Shown piece after piece: positions 34,997-45,173 of a DNA stretch of 64,000 nucleotides. The notes beneath the pieces were generated by a model that saw only the letters and a program-made list of their open reading frames with translations, searched no databases and was not told the DNA's origin. Source of the DNA: Nannocystis bainbridge (GTDB taxonomy: Bacteria > Myxococcota_A > Polyangia > Nannocystales > Nannocystaceae); the NCBI RefSeq assembly GCF_028368995.1, contig NZ_JAQNDL010000003.1, positions 416,001-480,000 of the forward strand. Direction: 5' to 3'. The number at the start of each line of letters is the position of its first letter. The stretch's first letter is position 1. Made by a program: the position numbers and the translations under genes.

Positions 34997-36094
34997 TCAC
35001 TGCGGTATGAAACTGTTGCACGCCTCTTGGACGAGGCTCGCGGCGGCGCCGTTGAAAAACGTCGCGTACTGCTCTGCGCAGCAGTCGCCGTCATCGTGAT
35101 AGGGGAACTGTTCGATCACGTCCGTCAGGTGCATCGGGCCGGGGGGGTCGTTGTAGGTGCAGCCCGGAACCGGCTCACCCACAAGCAACTGCGGCACGAT
35201 GGCGAGGGCGACGATCGCATCCTCGTCGCCGCCCTTTGCTGCCACCACGGCATCGCGGACTTTCTTCGCGCTCAGGATCGATTGGTCGTCCTCGCGATCC
35301 ATGATGAACACGAACACCAGGAGCGCGTCGGGCCGCAGAAAGCCGGCGTTACAGCCGTCGGGCCCGTTGAGCTCGGGCGAGAGCGCCGCGACCAGCGAGT
35401 CGGCCAGCGGCGGATCGGCCCCCCATGTACCCACCTGCGCGATGCACTTGAACGCCTCGATCGGGTCCGGCTCCCCCGCGATGATGTAGCGGTTGCCACC
35501 GTACAGGTCACAAGGCTTGTTGTACGCGTAGGCGCCTGCGTTGAACACGAGCCCTGCGCCCCGGGTCTTGTCGCACGTCCAAACTTGATCGACGTACTTC
35601 CCGCACTCGTAGTCGGGGGCGTACTCACCGCAGTTGCCCATGTTCAAACAGAAATCCGGCGATTCGCATTGCTGGCCGCGCCACATCTTGTCGGCGTTGA
35701 TCGAGATGACGTGCGGATCGAAGTCGGCGAAGTCGTTCGCTATGGTCTCCATGAAACCGGGCAGGCTGGCGATGAGCTGTTCCTGCTCGGTCACCATCGT
35801 GTGCAGCGCCGAGATCGCGAACACGAAGTCGATCTTGCCCTTGCAGCCCGCGGGTGTCGGATCGCCGAGGTCCGGCGGCAGTTGCATGTCGAACGTCGAC
35901 GCTGCGCCCGAGTCGCTCGCCGCGCTGCTGTCCTCCGAGCTGCCGCTGGTGGACGTCGAGGTCGAACTCATCGTCGTGTCCGAGCTGCTCGAGGTATGCG
36001 CCACCGAAGTGACGCCCGGGCCCGTCGAGAACCCCGGCGAGTTGTCGGCGCCGCAGCCGAGCGCGAGGACAGCGGCGAGGACGAGGGGACGCAT
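34997..36094 (-). CDS. Lipoprotein with vWA-like Cys-rich domain, copy 1
   Basis: ALGC lipobox, Ser/Thr linker, GCKGKIDFVFAIS, NAGFLRPDALLVFVFI.D.EDD. Confidence 0.8.
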   Translation of the reverse strand: MRPLVLAAVLALGCGADNSPGFSTGPGVTSVAHTSSSSDTTMSSTSTSTSGSSEDSSAASDSGAASTFDMQLPPDLGDPTPAGCKGKIDFVFAISALHTMVTEQEQLIASLPGFMETIANDFADFDPHVISINADKMWRGQQCESPDFCLNMGNCGEYAPDYECGKYVDQVWTCDKTRGAGLVFNAGAYAYNKPCDLYGGNRYIIAGEPDPIEAFKCIAQVGTWGADPPLADSLVAALSPELNGPDGCNAGFLRPDALLVFVFIMDREDDQSILSAKKVRDAVVAAKGGDEDAIVALAIVPQLLVGEPVPGCTYNDPPGPMHLTDVIEQFPYHDDGDCCAEQYATFFNGAAASLVQEACNSFIPQ

Positions 36095-36366
36095 GCCGTT
36101 CAGAGCCTAGCTCGGCCAGGCGCGCGATGTCACGCATTTCTGCGTCCGCACCGCTCTGGTGGCCATCAGCCTCGCCTCCGGAACCGGTGCGCCTGAACAG
36201 CTTCCGCCGGTCGTCGAGGCCGCCTCGGGCAGCGACCTCTGTCTCCGGGCGCGAGCCACTGCCCCGGGCCGCGAGTGGAGGTCACCGCATCCCATCCTCT
36301 TCTTCGGCAGCAGCGGAAGCATCCGTGCCTCGGTGCACGGCATCGCGGCGACCGAGGACGGCGGCT

Positions 36367-37464
36367 TCACTGCGGTATGAAGCTGTTGCACGCCTCGTGC
36401 ACGAGGCTCGCGGCGGCGCCGTTGAAGAACGGCGCGTAGTTCTCCGCGCATACGTCGCCATCGTCGTGGTAGGGGAACTGCTCGATTACCTCGATCAAGT
36501 GCTGGGGACCCGGAGGATCATTGTAGGTGCAGCCCATGACCGGGTCGCCCACAAGCAACTGCGGGACGATCGCCAGCGCGACGACGGCGTCTTCGTCGCC
36601 CCCCTTCGCCGCCATGACGGCATCCCGGACCTTCTTCGCACTCAAGGTCGATTCGTCATCCTCGTTGTCCTTGATGAGCACGAACACCAGGAGCGCGTCG
36701 GGCCGCAGAAAGCCGGCGTTGCAGCCCTCGGGCCCGTTCATGTCGGGCGTAAGCGCCGCGACCAGCGAATCGGCGAGCGGTGAATCGTCGCCGAACGTGC
36801 CCACCTGCGCGATGCACTTGAACGCCTCGATCGGGTCCGGCTCCTCCGCGATGATATAGCGGTTCCCACCGTACAGGTCACAAGGCTTGTTGTACGCGTA
36901 GGCGCCCGCGTTGAACACGAGCCCTGCGCCCCGGGTCTTGTCGCACGTCCAAACTTGATCGACGTACTTCCCGCACTCGTAGTCGGGGGCGTACTCACCG
37001 CAGTTGCCCATGTTCAAACAGAAATCAGGCGACTCGCACTGCTGGCCGCGCCACATCTTGTCGGCGTTGATCGAGATGACGTGCGGATCGAAGTCGGCGA
37101 AGTCGTTCGCTATGGTCTCCATGAAGCCGGGCAGGCTGGCGATGAGCTGTTCCTGCTCGGTCACCATCGTGTGCAGCGCCGAGATCGCGAACACGAAGTC
37201 GATCTTGCCCTTGCAGCCCGCGGGTGTCGGATCGCCGAGGTCCGGCGGCAGTTGCATGTCGAACGTCGACGCCGCGCCCGAGCCGCTCGCCGCGCTGCTG
37301 TCCTCCGAGCTGCCGCTGGTGGACGTCGAAGTCGAAGTCATCATCATGTCCGAGCTGCTCGAGGTATGCGCCACCGAAGTGACGCCCGGGCCCGTCGAGA
37401 ACCCCGGCGAGTTGTCGGCGCCGCAGCCGAGCGCGAGGACAGCGGCGAGGACGAGGGGACGCAT
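36367..37464 (-). CDS. Lipoprotein with vWA-like Cys-rich domain, copy 2
   Basis: 365 aa, same length as and near-identical to 34997-36094. Confidence 0.8.
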   Translation of the reverse strand: MRPLVLAAVLALGCGADNSPGFSTGPGVTSVAHTSSSSDMMMTSTSTSTSGSSEDSSAASGSGAASTFDMQLPPDLGDPTPAGCKGKIDFVFAISALHTMVTEQEQLIASLPGFMETIANDFADFDPHVISINADKMWRGQQCESPDFCLNMGNCGEYAPDYECGKYVDQVWTCDKTRGAGLVFNAGAYAYNKPCDLYGGNRYIIAEEPDPIEAFKCIAQVGTFGDDSPLADSLVAALTPDMNGPEGCNAGFLRPDALLVFVLIKDNEDDESTLSAKKVRDAVMAAKGGDEDAVVALAIVPQLLVGDPVMGCTYNDPPGPQHLIEVIEQFPYHDDGDVCAENYAPFFNGAAASLVHEACNSFIPQ

Positions 37465-37828
37465 GCCGTTTGGAGCCTAGCCCGGCCAGGCGCGCGATGT
37501 CACGCATTTCTGCGTCGGCGTCATCCTGTCGCCCGGTCGCCTCGCCTCCTCGACCTGTGCGCCTGGGCGGCTTGCGTCGGCCTTGCCGGTCGTCGAGGCC
37601 GCCTCGGGCAGCGACCTCTGTCTCCGGGCGCGAGCCACTGCCTCGGGCCGCGAGTGGAGGTCACCGCATCCCATCCTCTTCTTCGGCAGCAGCAGAGGCA
37701 TTCATCACCGACTGCATGAGACCCGCGCCCTCACCGATGAGCGTCTCTCACCGGGGGACGAAGCTCCTCCACGCCCCGTGGACGAGGCTCGGCATTCGGA
37801 CGACGCGCATGCTCTTGCTTCCTCATGT

Positions 37829-37864
37829 TACATGTCCCTTTCGACATGTCCCTTAAAACATCCT
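37829..37864. repeat. 14-bp-phased array at the right edge of the accessory block
   Basis: tacatgtc 37829, gacatgtc 37843, aacatcct 37857. Confidence 0.8.
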
Positions 37865-37889
37865 CGACGCGAGCTCGACGCGTCCTCGC

Positions 37890-38453
37890 TCACAGCCACG
37901 ACCCGAGCGTCAGCGACAGGGTCAGCGTCTCGGCCACGCCTCTGCCCTTGAACTGCACCATGTCGATCGCCCCCTCGGCTCCGATGAGGAACCGCTTGCC
38001 GACCCGGCCCCAGATGCCGACGCCGAGCCCGTAGTGATACGCATCGGCCGCGCCGACCTCGACGCGCGCCCGTCCGGTCGCGAACCGGTGGCTGTAGCCG
38101 CCGCGCAGCAGCATGTAGCCGAACGCCCGGCGGTTGACCGCGCCGAGCCGCAGCTCCGGCGCCAGGTGCAGCGTGCGGTCGAACCCGGTGGTCCGGCGGT
38201 CGACCATCTCGTAGCCGGCGCGGCCGCCGAACGCGACAGCGAACCCGCCGCTGGCCCGGAACACCCCGATCGACCCGCCGATCGCCGCGCCCGGGCGATA
38301 GTCCGCCAGCACGAACGCCGCCGGGTCGACGCGCAGGTAGCCGCGCAGGCAGCCCATCGCCTGTCCTTCGCGCCAGCCCGGGCACCGCGGCTCCGCGGCG
38401 GCCGCCGCCGGCACCAGCCCGATCCACAGCCCCAAAAGTGGCGCCCAGCGCAT
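37890..38453 (-). CDS. Putative small outer-membrane beta-barrel protein
   Basis: Signal peptide MRWAPLLGLWIGL; alternating amphipathic strands; aromatic near C-terminus. Confidence 0.55.
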   Translation of the reverse strand: MRWAPLLGLWIGLVPAAAAAEPRCPGWREGQAMGCLRGYLRVDPAAFVLADYRPGAAIGGSIGVFRASGGFAVAFGGRAGYEMVDRRTTGFDRTLHLAPELRLGAVNRRAFGYMLLRGGYSHRFATGRARVEVGAADAYHYGLGVGIWGRVGKRFLIGAEGAIDMVQFKGRGVAETLTLSLTLGSWL

Positions 38454-38600
38454 CGACCGGACACTGTGACCGCACTCTTGCGCGCAGCAATCGCCGCCCG
38501 CGAGCCCAGCGACGCGGCGCACAGGCGATAATTGCGCCCCGTCACGCGCCCGCCTCTTTACGCCCCGCGCGCCTCTGCTAGCCTGCGCGCCACGAATCGC

Positions 38601-39020
38601 ATGCAACGCACCTTCGCCATCATCAAGCCAGACGCCGTCGCCGCCGGTCACCAGGGCGGGATCCTCGCCGCGCTTCAGGAGTCCGGCCTGCGCCTCGTCG
38701 CCATCAAGGCCATTCGCCTCTCCACCGCCCAGGCCGAGGGCTTCTACGCGGTCCACTCGGCCCGCCCGTTCTTCCGCAGCCTCGTCACCTTCATGACCGA
38801 GGGTCCGGTGGTCGCCATGGTCCTCGAGGGCGAGGACGCCATCGCCAAGTGGCGCGGCCTGATGGGCCCGACCGACGCCACCAAGGCCGGCAAGGAGACC
38901 CTCCGCGGCCGCTTCGGCACCAGCATCGAGCGCAACGCCACCCACGGCTCCGACGCGCCCGACACCGCCGCCTACGAGATCGGCTTCTTCTTCAGCGGCC
39001 TCGAGCTCGCCGGCCTGTGA
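38601..39020 (+). CDS. ndk: Nucleoside diphosphate kinase
   Basis: [32 protein letters not shown]. Confidence 0.97.
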   Translation: MQRTFAIIKPDAVAAGHQGGILAALQESGLRLVAIKAIRLSTAQAEGFYAVHSARPFFRSLVTFMTEGPVVAMVLEGEDAIAKWRGLMGPTDATKAGKETLRGRFGTSIERNATHGSDAPDTAAYEIGFFFSGLELAGL

Positions 39021-39051
39021 GCCGCCCGGGCGCCCTCGCATCACCTGTCCC

Positions 39052-40203
<1,152 letters not shown>

Positions 40204-40271
40204 CACCGGACCGCGCGGCCCGAATCCGCGCGTGGGGCCGCGGCGGCCGGCGTGGTAGCCTGCGGCCCGAC

Positions 40272-43200
40272 GTGGCCGGCCCCGGAGACACCCAAGCGCC
40301 CCGCGCCGGCGCCTCGGAGCTGGACGCGACCACGGCCCCGCCCGCGCTTTCGGCCAGGGACCCGCTCGCCACCGTCGCCAGCGCCAGGCCAGCCCCGCCG
40401 GTCCACGACCCGCTCGCCACCGTCGCCAGCGCCAGGCCGGCCCCGCCGGTCCACGACCCGCTCGCCACGATCGCCAGCGCCAAGCCGCAGTGGGACGCCC
40501 CCGCGCCGGGCGAGCGCGACGCCGCCGGTCCGCCGCGGATCGGTCGCTTCGTGGTCCTGCGCGAGGTCGGCCGCGGCGCGATGGGGGTCGTCTACGCCGG
40601 CTACGACGAGGAGCTCGACCGCCGCGTCGCGCTCAAGTTGGTCCAGACCAGCGGCCACGACGACCCCTCGTTCGGCCGCGCCCAGCTGCTGCGCGAGGCC
40701 CAGGCGCTGGCCCGCCTCACCCACCCCAACGTCGTCGCCGTCCACGAGGCCGGCGAGTTCCGCGGCGCCGTCTTCATCGCCATGGAGTACGTCGACGGCG
40801 TCGACCTCCACCGCTGGCTGGCGCAGGCGCCCCGCAGCTGGCGCGAGATCGTCGCCGCTCTGCGCCAGGCCGGCGAGGGCCTGCGCGCCGCCCACGACGG
40901 CGGCCTGGTCCACCGCGACTTCAAGCCGAGCAACGTGCTCGTCGGCGCCGACGGCCGCGTCCGCGTCGCCGACTTCGGGCTCGCCACCCGGCGCGGAAGG
41001 ACAGGTTCTTCGGGACATGTCCCGAAGACCACGTCACCGCTGATCACCGCCGAGGCCCTGGCGACCCTCGCCGGCAGCGGCGCGCTGATCGGCACCCCCG
41101 CTTACATGGCGCCGGAGCAGCTGCGACGCGAGCCGGCCACCGCCGCCAGCGACCAGTTCGCGTTCTGCGTCACCCTCTACGAGGCGCTGTACGGCCGGCG
41201 CCCGTTCACCGGCGACACCCTCGAGGTCCTCGCCGAGCACGTGCTGCACGCCGAGCCGCCGCCGGCCGCGCCCGACCCGCGCGTGCCGCAGTGGCTGCAC
41301 GCCGTGCTCGTGCGCGGCCTGGCCAAGGATCCCGCGCGCCGCCACGCCGGCATGGCCGAGCTGCTCGAGCTGCTCGGCCGCGATCCCGAGGCCGAGCGCC
41401 GGCGCACCCGTCAGCGGCTGCTGCAGATCGCCGTCGCCGTGGCCGCCACCGTGATCGTCGTGCTCGGCGGCGTCGCGGCCACCCGCGCGCTGGTCCGCGC
41501 CACCGACGAGCGCCGCGCCGAGGCCCGCCTCGACGTGCTGCGCGGCCAGCTCACCGCCCTCACCGTCGCCCGCAAGCCCGACGAGGCCGCCCGCCTGTTC
41601 GCCGCCTTCGCCGCCCTGCCCGACAACCGCGGCACCGCGGCCCTGGCCCGCGCCTACCGCGAGTGGGGCGAGGCCCAGACCGACCCCGCCGCCGCCATCG
41701 ACGCCCACGCCGGCGCCTACATCGCCGCGCGCACCCGCGAGGACCAGGCCGCCGCCCTGCGCCTGCTCGCCCTGCGCCTCGCCGACAGCCGCAACTTCAC
41801 CGCCGCGGCCGCCGCCGTGGCCGCCCTCGACGCCCGCGCCCCCGAGCTCGCCGGCGACCCCCAGCTCGCCGGCCTGCGCCTGGCCGCCGCCCTCGACCGC
41901 CGCGACCTGCCGGCCGCCCGCGCCGCCCTCGACCGCCTGCCGGGCGACGATCCGAGGAGGTCTTACGGACATGTCCTTGAGAACATGTCCTCGGGGACAT
42001 TCATCGCCCGCACCGCGATCGGCCAGCGCCGCGGGGTCGACCCCGAGTTCACCGTCGGCGACTTCGACGGCGACGGCCGCCTCGAGCTGGCCACCCACGC
42101 CGACCAGCGCGAGTCGGTGGTGGTGCTGCGCGCCGACCCGAGCCTCACGCGCGTGGCCGAGGTGCCGGCCCCCGGCCTCGCCGCCGCCGCACGCATCTTG
42201 CCGCCCGCGCTCGGCGGCGAACCACTGCTGCTGCTCGGGTTCGAGAACCCTGGCGGCATCGGCGACGCCTTCGTCCGCTACGCCGTCCACCCCGCGCACG
42301 CCGGCCCGAAACTTCACGAGTGGCTCGACAGCGCGGTCCTCGGGGCCGCCGTCGCCGACCTCGACGGTGACGGCCGGGCCGAGCTCTACACCGGCAGCGG
42401 CCCGTACGCCCGCAAGCTGCGGCAGACCGCTCTGGATCCTCAAGGCGCGTGGCAGACCCGGCCCGCCCACCCCTCGACTGACGCCGCCATCTCCGACATC
42501 AACGCCGTGCTCGCCGGCGACCTCGACGGCGACGGCCGGGCCGAGCTCGTGGTCGTCGCCGGCCCGTGGTCGGCCTACGACGTCCGCGTGTTGCAGGCCG
42601 GCGACGACGGCCGCCTGCGCATGCTGGCCCGCCGCAGCCTCGGCTTCGTCGAGTCGGCGGTGCTGCTGCGGGCCGGCGGCGAGCTGCGGATCGCCGCCAC
42701 CAAGCGCGACGACTACCCCAACCCCGGCCGCTTCTCCGAGGCCGCCCCGTACGGCGAACCCGAGGGCCTCTACGTGCTCGCGCTCGACGGCGACACGCTG
42801 GCCACGCGCCAGCACTTCGCGCTGCCCGAGGGCGCCGAGCCGCGCTCCGGGCCTCGCTGGCTGCGCGTCGTCGACCTCGACGGCGACGGCGTCGACGACC
42901 TCGTGGCCGAGAGCGCGCACGACCTGGCGATCCACCGCGGCGACGGCGAGGCCTTGCAGGCGCCGCTGCGGCTCGCCGGCGTGCACGTGCGCGCCGCCGC
43001 CGACTTCGACGCCGACCCCGCTCACGAGCTCCTGGTCGTCTTGCCCGGCGACGGCGACAACCTCGTCATCCTCGGCGCCGGCGACACCCCGCTGCCCGCC
43101 ATCGACCGCCCCGAGCCCGAGGCCCGGCCGATCGGCGCCGTCTCCGACCCCGCGCTCGTCGACGCCTGGCAGCACGCCGAGGAGCTGGCCGCCATCGGCC

Positions 43201-44876
43201 TGCCGCGCCGCAGCGCCGACGAGCTGGCCGCCATCGCCCGCCTCTCGGAACATGCCCATGAGGACATGCTCCTTCGGGCAGCCGATCTCTACGCCGCCGC
43301 CGAAGCGCACGCCCTCGCCGCCGAGCACTACCTCGCCGCCGCCGCCAGCCCCGACCTGGCCGCGCGCGCCCTGGCCGGCGCGATCGCCAGCCGGCGCGCC
43401 CTCGGCGACTACGCGGCCGCGCTCGAGCTCGCGGTCCGCCGCGCCGCCCTGCCCGGCCTCGACCTCCGGATCCGCCGCGAGGCCGAGGCCGAGCTCGACG
43501 CCCTGCGCCGGGCCACCGCCCAGCGCCCGACGCTCGCGCTCCGCTTCGATCGCCCGCTCGATCCGTCGTGGCGCGTGTTCGACCCGCTGTCGTTCGCCCG
43601 CAGCCCCGGCGACGGCAGCCTGTCCCTTCAGACATCCGCCGATCGCGTGCTCGCCGAGTTCCCGCTCGAGTGGGACCGCGGCACCACCTCGCTCACCGTC
43701 GACGGTGCGCTCGGTGACCTCGAGTGGGGCAGCCACCTGACCATCGCCGTCACCCCGGTCGACGGCGACGACATCTACCTCGGCGTGCGCGCCGAGTCGC
43801 GCGGCCGCAGCGAGCGGCCCGAACAGAACGTCACCCCCGTCACCGGCGCCAACGGCAACCTCGGCTTCTACGGCCTCTCGCTCCCCCCCGGCGGGTCGCG
43901 GCGCTTCCGCGTCGGCATTCATCACTTCCCCGACCTCGGCACCGCCCACCTCGAGCTCGCCACCGACGGCGAAGCGCCGCGGCGGGTCGTGCTGCGCCAG
44001 GGCCCGCAGTCGCCGCCGCCCGGCCCGCTGCGCCTGCGGATCCTCAGCCGGCCCGTCCAGCCGAGCAGCGTCGCCGACCTGCAGGTGTTCGCGATCGAGA
44101 TGGTCGGCCTGCGCCGCGGCACCCTGCCGGCGAGCCCGAGCGCGGACGACCCGTGGCGCGCGGTCGCCCGGCTGATCGCCGAGGACGAGATCGACGCCGC
44201 GCTCGAGCGCCTCGCCACTGCCCCGGCCGCCGCTCCCGAGGCGCTGTGGCGCGTCGACCTGCTGGCCCGCACCGGCCGCATCGACGACGCCGCCGCGGCC
44301 TTGCGCACCAGCCTCGCCGGCCTCGCCGAGGACCACCCGTTCCACGCGCGCCTGCGCCAGCGGCTCATGCGCGACCCCGACAACTTCATCCTCGCGGCCA
44401 AGCGCGTGCTCGGGCCGGCGCTGTACGACCTGTTCGTGGACCCGAGCCGGCTCGAGTACACGTGGCGACCGGCGCGGATCCGTCATCACCTCGCCGACCT
44501 CGCCGACCTGCCGGTGACGCTGCCCGAGCGCGCCAGCGCCGACGCCCGCCGCCACCATCGCAACGCCCTGTACCTGCGCGGCTTCGCCTGGCAGCGCGCC
44601 GGTCGCTACGACCACGCCCTGCGCGACCTCGAGGCCGTGCTCCCGCTGCTCACCGAGTCGGACGACGCGCCCATGCGCAAGTACGTGCTGCGCCGCCTCG
44701 TCGACGCCAGCATCCACATGCGCGACCCGACCCGCGCGCGCCGGTGGATCACCGCGGCCCTGCTCGAGTCGCAGACCGCCGACCTCCTGCTCGAGGGCCT
44801 GCGCCAGCGCCCCGGCGTCGAAGCGATCTTCACCTCCGCCGACTGGGCCCGCTTCGAGGCGCTCACGCGCCGCTGA
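40272..44876 (+). CDS. Large Ser/Thr kinase with TM helix, FG-GAP/VCBS repeats and helical repeats
   Basis: GRGAMGVVY, HRDFKPSN, DFGLA, YMAPEQ; TM; GDFDGDGRLE, DLDGDGRAE twice, DLDGDGVDD. Confidence 0.9.
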   Translation: MAGPGDTQAPRAGASELDATTAPPALSARDPLATVASARPAPPVHDPLATVASARPAPPVHDPLATIASAKPQWDAPAPGERDAAGPPRIGRFVVLREVGRGAMGVVYAGYDEELDRRVALKLVQTSGHDDPSFGRAQLLREAQALARLTHPNVVAVHEAGEFRGAVFIAMEYVDGVDLHRWLAQAPRSWREIVAALRQAGEGLRAAHDGGLVHRDFKPSNVLVGADGRVRVADFGLATRRGRTGSSGHVPKTTSPLITAEALATLAGSGALIGTPAYMAPEQLRREPATAASDQFAFCVTLYEALYGRRPFTGDTLEVLAEHVLHAEPPPAAPDPRVPQWLHAVLVRGLAKDPARRHAGMAELLELLGRDPEAERRRTRQRLLQIAVAVAATVIVVLGGVAATRALVRATDERRAEARLDVLRGQLTALTVARKPDEAARLFAAFAALPDNRGTAALARAYREWGEAQTDPAAAIDAHAGAYIAARTREDQAAALRLLALRLADSRNFTAAAAAVAALDARAPELAGDPQLAGLRLAAALDRRDLPAARAALDRLPGDDPRRSYGHVLENMSSGTFIARTAIGQRRGVDPEFTVGDFDGDGRLELATHADQRESVVVLRADPSLTRVAEVPAPGLAAAARILPPALGGEPLLLLGFENPGGIGDAFVRYAVHPAHAGPKLHEWLDSAVLGAAVADLDGDGRAELYTGSGPYARKLRQTALDPQGAWQTRPAHPSTDAAISDINAVLAGDLDGDGRAELVVVAGPWSAYDVRVLQAGDDGRLRMLARRSLGFVESAVLLRAGGELRIAATKRDDYPNPGRFSEAAPYGEPEGLYVLALDGDTLATRQHFALPEGAEPRSGPRWLRVVDLDGDGVDDLVAESAHDLAIHRGDGEALQAPLRLAGVHVRAAADFDADPAHELLVVLPGDGDNLVILGAGDTPLPAIDRPEPEARPIGAVSDPALVDAWQHAEELAAIGLPRRSADELAAIARLSEHAHEDMLLRAADLYAAAEAHALAAEHYLAAAASPDLAARALAGAIASRRALGDYAAALELAVRRAALPGLDLRIRREAEAELDALRRATAQRPTLALRFDRPLDPSWRVFDPLSFARSPGDGSLSLQTSADRVLAEFPLEWDRGTTSLTVDGALGDLEWGSHLTIAVTPVDGDDIYLGVRAESRGRSERPEQNVTPVTGANGNLGFYGLSLPPGGSRRFRVGIHHFPDLGTAHLELATDGEAPRRVVLRQGPQSPPPGPLRLRILSRPVQPSSVADLQVFAIEMVGLRRGTLPASPSADDPWRAVARLIAEDEIDAALERLATAPAAAPEALWRVDLLARTGRIDDAAAALRTSLAGLAEDHPFHARLRQRLMRDPDNFILAAKRVLGPALYDLFVDPSRLEYTWRPARIRHHLADLADLPVTLPERASADARRHHRNALYLRGFAWQRAGRYDHALRDLEAVLPLLTESDDAPMRKYVLRRLVDASIHMRDPTRARRWITAALLESQTADLLLEGLRQRPGVEAIFTSADWARFEALTRR
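40359..40487 (+). repeat. 48-bp coding tandem repeat (about 2.7 copies)
   Basis: DPLATVASARPAPPVH units starting 40359, 40407, 40455. Confidence 0.9.
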
Positions 44877-44929
44877 CGCTTGCCGGCCGCGCGGGCGCCA
44901 GGTATTCGTGTCCCCAGGAGGAGACCGCC

Positions 44930-45172
44930 ATGAGGAAGCTGCGCGCGAGCGGCCCCCCGAAGCTGGAGGGCGAATCCCCGCTCCTGACCGCCGACGACCT
45001 CGCGGTGTGGTTCCACTGCTCGCGGCGAGCCGTCTACGACCGCGTCTTCCGCAACCAGATCCCCGGCGTCGTCCGCCTCGGCCGCAGGCTCTACTTCGAT
45101 CGCGTCACCATCCAGGAGTGGCTGCGCCGCCGCCTGCTCGGCGCCCCGCCCGAAGACCTCGAGTTCCACTGA
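44930..45172 (+). CDS. Small excisionase-like (HTH_17) DNA-binding protein
   Basis: LLTADDLAVWFHCSRRAVY...IPGVVRLGRRLYFDR..IQEWL; AGGAGG RBS. Confidence 0.8.
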   Translation: MRKLRASGPPKLEGESPLLTADDLAVWFHCSRRAVYDRVFRNQIPGVVRLGRRLYFDRVTIQEWLRRRLLGAPPEDLEFH

Positions 45173-45173
45173 C

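Larger units (their letters stand above)
34995..37791. repeat. About 1.37-kb tandem duplication (two units plus a relic of a third)
   Basis: Gene 3' ends recur at 34997, 36367 and, degenerate, 37748; upstream noncoding sequence also duplicated (about 36200-36313 vs 37585-37692). Confidence 0.9.

Noticed and set aside
34997-37464. Diversity-generating retroelement TR/VR pair
   Set aside because: Whole-gene duplication, differences not adenine-specific, no reverse transcriptase in the window
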